From Promethearchaeota archaeon (GTDB lineage Archaea > Asgardarchaeota > Lokiarchaeia > Sigyniarchaeales > SOKP01), in NCBI GenBank assembly GCA_048941265.1, contig JBHLNT010000117.1, positions 1 to 13,212 of the forward strand: 13,212 nt of DNA, in the 5' to 3' direction. The position numbers were made by a program, and so were the translations under genes. The notes below the pieces were generated by a model that saw only the letters and a program-made list of their open reading frames with translations, was not told the DNA's origin and ran no database searches. Positions 1-6,754 of the stretch are shown here, piece after piece; within the stretch, counting starts at the first letter, position 1; each line of letters starts with the position of its first letter.

Positions 1-2
1 TG

Positions 3-587
3 AGATTACATTTTGTTGATTTAGATGGAGCATGGGGATCGGATAAAAATAAAAAACTTCTAAAAAATATGATATTAAAAGCAAGGATGAGTAATTTAAA
101 AATACAAATCGGAGGGGGAATAAGAACATATGAAGCAGCAGTTGAACTTATCGATATTGGAGCTGAACGTGTTATAATTGGAACCTTAGCAATCAAACAA
201 CCAAAGATAATAAAAAAATTAGCTGAGAAAGTAGGATCAGAGCATATTATTGTTGCTCTGGATTATAAAGAAGGAAAAATCTCTACACATGGGTGGACCC
301 AACAAATAGATAAAGATCCTTTTAATTATGGGAAAAAAATGGCTGAATATGGTGCGGGATATATCTTAATTTCATCAGTTGAAGCTGATGGTGCTTTTAC
401 TGGACCAGATTTAAAGAATATTGAAAAAATGGTACAATCTGTTGATATTCCAGTATATGCTGCGGGAGGAGTGAGAAATGAAGAGGATATTAAAAATCTT
501 GAAAAAACCGGAGCTCACGGAGTTATTGTTGGAAAAGCTTTTTATGAGAAAAAATTACCCTTTTCAATATTAAAAAATATTTATTAA
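3..587 (+). CDS. hisA: HisA, phosphoribosylformimino-5-aminoimidazole carboxamide ribotide isomerase (5'-truncated by window edge)
   Basis: The frame is open from base 3 (RLHFVDLDGAWGSDKNKKLLKNMILK...), giving the HisA LHxVDLDGA motif upstream of the ORF-track ATG at 69. It also has QIGGGIR, GAERVIIGT, VALD, DGAFTGPD, AAGGV and GVIVGKA motifs of the HisA/HisF barrel. Confidence 0.93.
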   Translation, partial: RLHFVDLDGAWGSDKNKKLLKNMILKARMSNLKIQIGGGIRTYEAAVELIDIGAERVIIGTLAIKQPKIIKKLAEKVGSEHIIVALDYKEGKISTHGWTQQIDKDPFNYGKKMAEYGAGYILISSVEADGAFTGPDLKNIEKMVQSVDIPVYAAGGVRNEEDIKNLEKTGAHGVIVGKAFYEKKLPFSILKNIY

Positions 588-680
588 ATTAATAAAAACT
601 AAGATAAATAAGCGATACTTCAAATTTACACTTAAATTTAAAAAAATATTAAATTCAATCGAAAATTAACAAAAATATCC

Positions 681-1400
681 ATGGAACAATATCTTTTCTT
701 TCAAGAGTATCTCATTATTTTTTTTCCGGCACTTCTATTAGGGCTTCTTCACACCTTATCACCCTGCGAAGACAAGAGTATTTTCTGTTTTTATACCTTT
801 GGTATCACAAAAGAAACAAGAAAGAGTTTATTTATTCTAATTTTATACGGTCTAGGGTTAATGACGGCGAACTTAACGATTGCTATCATTACAATTTTAA
901 TAAGCTTGGTACCGCTGATTATTTTTCCTACATTTGTCGCGGACCCCTTTGCAATAATTTTCTTTGGAGCATTTTCTTCAACATTTGTAGCTATAGGCTT
1001 CCTATTTTTTATAACTCGACGGGATTATGAACCTCATTCAAAATTAAGAAAACAATTTAGTAATTTAGACTGGGATAAAAAAAGAACTCCGTATCTCTTA
1101 GGGGTATTATCAGGATTCCCTCCTTGCATTTTTGAATTATTTATTTATTCTCAATGTTTAATATTTTCATTGAGTTATGGTTTCGTTGAAGCACTTTTAA
1201 CAGTATTTTATTTTTCCATCGGTACATTTATTGGACTATTTCCATTGGCATTGGCAAAAGAGAGTTTTGAAGTCCAAATTAATGATCATAAAAGGAGGAG
1301 AATTTATATCATCATGATAATGATTATTATCATTTTCAACACCATTATAATGATCCTAGCTTTCTTACGTATTCATATTTTCCCTGTTCACGTAAAATAA
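681..1400 (+). CDS. Multi-pass membrane protein, CcdA/DsbD_2 (TauE/SafE-UreH-like) superfamily
   Basis: About 6 hydrophobic segments, with paired motifs GLLHTLSPCEDK in the first helix and GVLSGFPPC in the second half. These resemble the two membrane PC motifs of CcdA/DsbD and the GxxH motif of Ni/Co transporter relatives. Confidence 0.6.
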   Translation: MEQYLFFQEYLIIFFPALLLGLLHTLSPCEDKSIFCFYTFGITKETRKSLFILILYGLGLMTANLTIAIITILISLVPLIIFPTFVADPFAIIFFGAFSSTFVAIGFLFFITRRDYEPHSKLRKQFSNLDWDKKRTPYLLGVLSGFPPCIFELFIYSQCLIFSLSYGFVEALLTVFYFSIGTFIGLFPLALAKESFEVQINDHKRRRIYIIMIMIIIIFNTIIMILAFLRIHIFPVHVK

Positions 1401-1557
1401 ATACCATATTTGTATTTATGGTTTCTGGAGATGAGTATTTAAACAAAAAAATCTAATTTTGGTCTAGTAAAAATTGGTCTAGATAAAATTATTATTATGT
1501 TATTATTATATTATTTTTATAGAAAAATAAGAGAAAAAAATAAAAATAAATTAAGTC

Positions 1558-3927
1558 ATGACTGATAATTGCTTATTCTGTGATTCTAAAAGTATAGATT
1601 TTAAATGTGAAAAATGTAAATCAAGTTTTTGTCTCAACCATATGGCAACCACCGAGAGTTGGGAATGTAAAAAACATATTGACTTAAAATATTCTAAATC
1701 AGATGCAGTAGAAAATAATTATAAATGTTCCGTTATCGAGAATAGTAGATGTCCTGAATGTGATTCTTTATTGAGAATTAAAAGACTATCTTCGGGACAA
1801 TTTTATTTAAGCTGTACCAAATGTGCTTGGAATTCATATGAAAATACACCAGGTTTATTTTTTCCGTCAAAAGATCAGCTTACAAGAGAAGCAAGAAGAT
1901 ATAACCTTCTTACAGGGTCTTCTATGAAAGAGTGTCAGAAAAAGCTAAAGTACACAAGTGGACGCAGAGTTTGTCCTAATTGTTTTTTAGAGCTTTTAAA
2001 ACGAGCTGTAACTACGAATTTTTCCACAATAATGGACTCATTTAACATTACAGCAGAGCAAATGATCAAATTAATCAAACAGTATATTGAAGAAGATCGG
2101 ATTTATGGAATTATAGACCAGAAAAATCGGATGTTTTATTATATCTCAGATGAAATGAGAGAGAAATTAATTTCAAAAATTCAGAATGAAGGTGCAATTA
2201 AAGTAGCAGATTTAGGAATAATGCTTGATATGAACGCTGAAATGGCCCTTCAAGTAGTTTATAAACTCATTAGTCAGCATCAAATTAGAGGTTCATTTTC
2301 TAAGGAAAAGAAGAATTATTTCACTCAGAAATATATTACTGATAATCTAATTAAAAAGATTAAAGAAAAAGGAAGAATATCTATAGACGATCTAGCCAGA
2401 AATTTTAACATCCCTTCTGAGTTAATCAAAAACTTTTGTGTGAATTTGATGAGAACAAAGATGATTGACGCTTTCTTCGCCGATAGAGGTAAAGAAATTG
2501 TGACTACTGATCAACTACATAATGAAATAAAAAAATATGCGAAAGAAATTGGTGTTGTAAAGCTTAATAAACTTGCTGAAAAAGAGAATATTGCCGAAGA
2601 ACTAGCGCGAAAAACTCTACATGAAATGATTAAACAAGGAGTTATAAGAGGTATTTTCACACAACGCAGAGAATTCATGACGATGAAGCACCTTGAAGTA
2701 AAAATAAAAGAACTTGCCAGAGCGTATAGGAACATGTCATTACGGGAAATTTCAAACAGGTTAGGAATTACAGAAGCAAGTGTGGAAGAAAATTTAGCCA
2801 GATTAATAGGGCAGGGAGATATTGATGGATATATTGATTCAGAAAAAAAATTATTTGTTGCATATAGTGTACCTTTAGAGGGTAGAAAGGCTGCTCCCGC
2901 AAAAGGCAAAGAAGTTAAAGAAGGAGAAAATAACATAGAAGTATTAAGAGATTATGACTTTGAGGGTGGACAGCTTCATTTTAAAGTCGTAGTTAGAAAT
3001 CATAGTACTATGGCAATTAATAATGTGAAAGTTGTCTTAGATGTACCCACCAGTTATAATGTAAAGCAACCATTAATTACTATACCAGTAATAGAGTCAA
3101 ATAATTCCCGAGGAGTAGACTTTTATTTAGAACCAAAAGAATGTGGAATATCCAACATAGGAGGAACTGTAATCTTTAAAAATGCATTAGGCGAACAAAA
3201 TACAATTCATGTGAGGAAGAAAGAGGTTCAGATAAAATGTCCCTTGGTATGTACTTCAATGAGCACTATTGAAGATTGCCAACTTTCGATTCAGGATCTT
3301 CCGAATGATGCTCGAGCTTTTTTAATAGCCGATTTAGATCCAAGACTTGCTTATAGAGCGGCTATTAGAGCGTTAAAATACTTTGAAACAAGCATGGTAA
3401 CATCATATGAGAGCGGAGATGCTGCCAGCTCATATGAGGCTGAAGCCTGGTTCTGTGCAGAAGCAAAAGTCACAGGTGGGCGAATAATTACCAGAATCTT
3501 CGTTTCTGCAGCTAATCAATCTTTAGAAGTTCGCGTTTGGTGTGCAAATCCGGGACAACTCACTGGCTTTTTAGCAAGAGTAATTGAATTATTAATGGAG
3601 CAGATTGGGATAATCAGAAAAATCAAATCAGAAGAACGCGAGATAACAATAAATAGTATGGCTATAACGCAAAATTTAGCAGAGATTTCTGATTATTGTA
3701 TGCTAAGATGGAAAGCTCAAAATATTCGGACTAAATTACATGATACGTTTGTACGATTAAGGAAAATATTGAAAGAAGATGACCCAGTTTTAGATCGAAT
3801 AGAATTTTGGTTGACAAGATTAAATAAGTACGAAAAAGACGATAATATTACTGATGATGATGCGGATAAACTAGTAAATGATGTAGAACAATTCCGAAAT
3901 GTACTTACCAGAAGTCTAAAAATTTAG
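1558..3927 (+). CDS. Multidomain protein: N-terminal Zn fingers, five tandem winged-helix (PCI/DDRGK/UFL1-like) repeats, C-terminal beta-sandwich + alpha/beta + helical region
   Basis: 789-aa ORF. It begins with CxxC-x8-CxxC-x4-CxxH followed by further CxxC pairs. Repeats of about 60 aa follow the pattern GxIx(I/L)xxLA...(L/M)Ixxxx(I)xG, ending in the PCI-like YRNMSLREISNRLGITEASVEENLARLIGQGDIDGYID. The C-terminal domain starts IEVLRDYDFEGGQLHFKVVVRN. Confidence 0.75.
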   Translation: MTDNCLFCDSKSIDFKCEKCKSSFCLNHMATTESWECKKHIDLKYSKSDAVENNYKCSVIENSRCPECDSLLRIKRLSSGQFYLSCTKCAWNSYENTPGLFFPSKDQLTREARRYNLLTGSSMKECQKKLKYTSGRRVCPNCFLELLKRAVTTNFSTIMDSFNITAEQMIKLIKQYIEEDRIYGIIDQKNRMFYYISDEMREKLISKIQNEGAIKVADLGIMLDMNAEMALQVVYKLISQHQIRGSFSKEKKNYFTQKYITDNLIKKIKEKGRISIDDLARNFNIPSELIKNFCVNLMRTKMIDAFFADRGKEIVTTDQLHNEIKKYAKEIGVVKLNKLAEKENIAEELARKTLHEMIKQGVIRGIFTQRREFMTMKHLEVKIKELARAYRNMSLREISNRLGITEASVEENLARLIGQGDIDGYIDSEKKLFVAYSVPLEGRKAAPAKGKEVKEGENNIEVLRDYDFEGGQLHFKVVVRNHSTMAINNVKVVLDVPTSYNVKQPLITIPVIESNNSRGVDFYLEPKECGISNIGGTVIFKNALGEQNTIHVRKKEVQIKCPLVCTSMSTIEDCQLSIQDLPNDARAFLIADLDPRLAYRAAIRALKYFETSMVTSYESGDAASSYEAEAWFCAEAKVTGGRIITRIFVSAANQSLEVRVWCANPGQLTGFLARVIELLMEQIGIIRKIKSEEREITINSMAITQNLAEISDYCMLRWKAQNIRTKLHDTFVRLRKILKEDDPVLDRIEFWLTRLNKYEKDDNITDDDADKLVNDVEQFRNVLTRSLKI

Positions 3928-4008
3928 GTTTTAACTACAAATAAATATATATAATGTGTTAAACAATATATTGATCAATACAAAGAGAAATAAGAGAATG
4001 ATTTTATC

Positions 4009-4425
4009 ATGCCTATTATAAGCATTTCGATTAGTGAAAGCTTAAAAAAATTTATCAATAAATTAGTTTCCAGCAGAAAGTATGAAAACAAATCCAAGAT
4101 TATAAGAGATGCCTTATTACGCTTAATGCAAACCCCTGAGATATCTAATATTACAGATTCGTCTGGTGAAACATTCTCCCTTGAAAATAAAAATATTATT
4201 GGAAATATGATTGTGGTTTTACCAAACGACTCCAATGTTCTCAGAAAATTAAATAAAATAGAATATAAATACAAAGACCAAATTGTTAGTAAGAACCAGC
4301 ATTTCTCTAAAAATCTACAACTATTTATGGTTTTTGAAGGTTCTATCGAAGAGTTTCATAAAATTGTTGTGGAAATAAATTCAATTAAAGAAGTTTCGAA
4401 TTTTCGATACCTAATAGATAATTAA
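4009..4425 (+). CDS. Ribbon-helix-helix transcriptional regulator with NikR-like C-terminal domain
   Basis: N-terminal MPIISISISESLKKFINKLV...YENKSKIIRDAL is a CopG/NikR RHH. The C-terminal half has the ACT-like pattern and overall length (138 aa) of NikR but lacks most of the canonical Ni ligands. Confidence 0.75.
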   Translation: MPIISISISESLKKFINKLVSSRKYENKSKIIRDALLRLMQTPEISNITDSSGETFSLENKNIIGNMIVVLPNDSNVLRKLNKIEYKYKDQIVSKNQHFSKNLQLFMVFEGSIEEFHKIVVEINSIKEVSNFRYLIDN

Positions 4426-4499
4426 TAATATATCTTCTTTTTAGATATTGTTTATTTAAAGTATATTTTATAAAAGCTATTACTTATTAAATTAAGATT

Positions 4500-4506
4500 A
4501 GGTGAT
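4500..4506 (+). promoter_or_regulatory. Shine-Dalgarno site for the parvulin gene
   Basis: AGGTGAT lies 6 nt before the TTG at 4513 and is complementary to the 16S 3' end AUCACCU. Confidence 0.7.
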
Positions 4507-4512
4507 AATCAC

Positions 4513-4866
4513 TTGGGAAAAAATAAATATGGTAAAGGTTATCAGCAGAAAAATAAAAGTTCTGGAATGAAAAAAGGAGGAGCTCCAATCCGTGGTGGAA
4601 AAATCAAGGCAAGCCATATATTAGTCGATAAATTAAGCAAAGCTCAAGAGATTTATGAAGATTTACAATCTGGAGGGAATTTTCAAGAACTTGCCCAAAA
4701 ATATTCTACTTGCTCCAGTAAGAATAAGGGAGGGAATTTGGGGGAATTTCCAAAAGGAAAAATGGTACCAGAATTTTGGAATGCATGTGTTAACTTAGGG
4801 ATTGGAGAGATTTCAAAGCCGGTAAAAACTCAATTTGGCTATCACTTAATTAAGCGAACAGGGTAA
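4513..4866 (+). CDS. Parvulin-type peptidyl-prolyl cis-trans isomerase with basic N-terminal extension
   Basis: Motifs IKASHILV, FQELAQKYSTCSSKNKGGNLG, GKMVPEF and PVKTQFGYHLI. The TTG start is supported by a strong SD site. Confidence 0.93.
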   Translation: MGKNKYGKGYQQKNKSSGMKKGGAPIRGGKIKASHILVDKLSKAQEIYEDLQSGGNFQELAQKYSTCSSKNKGGNLGEFPKGKMVPEFWNACVNLGIGEISKPVKTQFGYHLIKRTG

Positions 4867-4878
4867 TATAAAAATGAA

Positions 4879-4976
4879 TAGCCCGACCAGGATTCGAACC
4901 TGGGTCTCGGGATTCAGAGTCCCAAATGCATTGCCTTCTAGTTTTTGCTAAAATTTGGCCACTACACTATCGGGCT
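4879..4976 (-). tRNA. tRNA-Gln(CUG) with 25-nt intron in the D-loop (intron 4930..4954)
   Basis: Minus strand: AGCCCGA TA GTGT AGTGGCCAA [ATTTTAGCAAAAACTAGAAGGCAAT] GCAT T TGGGA CT-CTG-AA TCCCG AGAC CCAGG TTCGAAT CCTGG TCGGGCT A. Removing the intron gives a 73-nt cloverleaf with the A1-U72 pair typical of archaeal tRNA-Gln. CCA is not encoded. Confidence 0.95.
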
Positions 4977-5155
4977 TTTATAGGTAAAAAAAGTTAAATT
5001 AATATAATTTAGAAATTCTAAAAAATTTTTCTTTTAGTGAGTTTGGAAAAAAACTTTTTTATGGAATATAATCTGAAATATAATAATAGAAAAATTATTA
5101 TTTTGTAAATAAAATTAGAGATAGATTTATTAGTAGTTGCAATCATATATTAAAT

Positions 5156-5324
5156 TGGATTACACAAAAAAAGAGAAGATATTTTAAAAAAAAGTTTCGG
5201 CTATTAAACTTGTTATGTAAAACCCCTGCCGAAATTCAAAACCCCGTGAGGTGGTGGCTAATTTCGCCCCGCTCGGGAAACTGAAAAAAAAACTTATTAT
5301 ATATCTTCCGATTTGTGTAATCCA
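5156..5324 (+). ncRNA. Candidate structured non-coding RNA of unknown class (~170 nt)
   Basis: A perfect 13-bp terminal inverted repeat (5156-5168/5312-5324) and a nested 8-bp stem (5175-5182/5301-5308) enclose a GC-rich core of hairpins, including GTGA and GAAA tetraloops, within an AT-rich spacer. The strand is inferred from GNRA loops and G-U pairs. Confidence 0.55.
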
Positions 5325-5493
5325 CCCTTTCCATTTATCTAGTTAAACCATATAATACACTTCACTTGATTTTTCTTAAAAAATAGTTAAATCTACAATT
5401 TAGATTGTAAGTTACTACTTAAATTATGAAAATATCGAAATTTAGTTATTTAAACGGATTTATTTTTGAAAACTAAGTTAAAAATTTTTTTTC

Positions 5494-6723
5494 TTAAGTC
5501 CTTTTACGATATTGCTCATATACTTCCATAAAGTATTTATCACTCATTCCAGCGATATAGTCTCTAACAATTAAAGATAATTTATTACTTTTTTTAAGCG
5601 GATTATAATATGTTGAATATTTAGCGTCATCTATATATTCTATATGATCCTTAAATATTGGAGAATTATTATTTTCATTTTCAAGATCTTTCAATGATAT
5701 TTCAAAAATTAGCACAAATTTTTTAGCTAATTCTTCCTTAAAAGAAGTCTGAGAATTCTTATTGGTAAATAAATCCCTTCTATCATATATTTTTTCATAA
5801 TTAAATCTTTTCAAGGCTTTTAATGCTTCAAAAATTTCTTCACTATACCCTATTGTATCATTATCTAGACTGAAAGTTAATAAATCCATAATTAGTGTAT
5901 TGATAATTTTTCGGTTAGTGTCACCGAGAACATTTTTACAGTTCTCAGGAATCTCCTTTCTTTTGATAAACTTTAATAAAATGGCATCTTCGATATCTCT
6001 GCCAATATATGAAATTGAATCAGCAAATCTTACTGCAATTCCTTCATATGACATAGGAATTCTTTTAATTTTATTTTCGTTGAAACAATCTTCATATTCT
6101 TTAAAGTGGTCTTTCCACGTTTTTCCATTTATTTTTTTAGGTTTTAATTCCTTTTCATTGATTTCTCCATCATGACAGAGTACTCCATCAAGCGTTTGTA
6201 AAGTTAAATTCAATCCTTTTGCTGGTTTTGTTGGGAATCTTTTTTCAAGATAAGCAAGCCATCGTATACTTTGAGCATTATGCATGAATTTAGCTAAATT
6301 ATATTTCTGGCTAATCTTGTCTAATATCTCCTCACCAACGTGACCATAAGGAGAATGTCCTATATCATGAGCAAGAGCGATAGAATGACATAAATCTACA
6401 TTCAGCTTTAGAACTCTGCCAATTTGTTCTGCTATCCTTGATACTAAAACAACATGTAAGGAACGATGAGTTATGTTGGCATTGATTATATCGAAAAATA
6501 CTTGAGTTTTATCGATATATCGTGCATACGCTTTTGAATGTACAATTCGATCAGCATCTCTAAAAAAGGGTGGTCTTATATCGGAGTAATCTTTATCATT
6601 TTCCTCTTCATGATATCTAACTGCTTGTGAATTTAAAATTCCATGGATTCCAATGTCGCTATCTTTTCTTAGACGTAAACGAAGTTGTTCGATTTTTTTA
6701 GGATCCATTATATATTCTGCCAT
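5494..6723 (-). CDS. dgt: HD-domain deoxyguanosinetriphosphate triphosphohydrolase-like protein (dNTPase)
   Basis: Motifs RPPFFRDADRIVHSKAY..DKTQVF, THRSLH, LAHDIGHSPYGHVGE, HNAQS, NLTLQTLDGVLCH, ADSISY..DIED and RDYIAGMSD. Confidence 0.88.
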   Translation of the reverse strand: MAEYIMDPKKIEQLRLRLRKDSDIGIHGILNSQAVRYHEEENDKDYSDIRPPFFRDADRIVHSKAYARYIDKTQVFFDIINANITHRSLHVVLVSRIAEQIGRVLKLNVDLCHSIALAHDIGHSPYGHVGEEILDKISQKYNLAKFMHNAQSIRWLAYLEKRFPTKPAKGLNLTLQTLDGVLCHDGEINEKELKPKKINGKTWKDHFKEYEDCFNENKIKRIPMSYEGIAVRFADSISYIGRDIEDAILLKFIKRKEIPENCKNVLGDTNRKIINTLIMDLLTFSLDNDTIGYSEEIFEALKALKRFNYEKIYDRRDLFTNKNSQTSFKEELAKKFVLIFEISLKDLENENNNSPIFKDHIEYIDDAKYSTYYNPLKKSNKLSLIVRDYIAGMSDKYFMEVYEQYRKRT

Positions 6724-6754
6724 GGGATCTATATGTTAAACTTAATATAGAAAT

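Noticed and set aside
69-71. ATG at 69 as the hisA start
   Set aside because: The conserved HFVDLDGA motif lies upstream in the same open frame, so the true start is outside the window.
2511-2936. 141-aa minus-strand ORF
   Set aside because: Antisense shadow wholly inside the 789-aa gene, with no recognisable motif.
3975-4274. 99-aa minus-strand ORF
   Set aside because: Antisense to the RHH regulator. Its hydrophobic composition is expected from the reverse of A-rich codons.
5272-5284. CTCGGGAAACTGA resembles a GAAA-capped helix in archaeal 16S rRNA
   Set aside because: Only 13 nt of a common GNRA hairpin, and the flanks do not continue as rRNA. It is not an rRNA gene or fragment.
5219-5290. 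Resemblance of the structured element to a SAM-I riboswitch (GGTGGCTAATTTC...CTGAAA) or RNase P RNA (AAAGTTTCGG...AACTTAT)
   Set aside because: The SAM-I P1 AUC/GAU and K-turn are absent, and there is no downstream gene on that strand. The RNase P P4 pairing and GAGGAAAGUCC/ACAGAA consensus are not satisfied.
5156-5324. MITE or SECIS interpretation of the inverted repeat
   Set aside because: There is no target-site duplication or transposase, and the nested internal stems favour an RNA. No in-frame TGA selenoprotein candidate is nearby, and there is no AUGA/GA SECIS core. A MITE cannot be fully excluded without copy-number data.
5900-6175. 91-aa plus-strand ORF
   Set aside because: Antisense shadow of the dGTPase-like gene.
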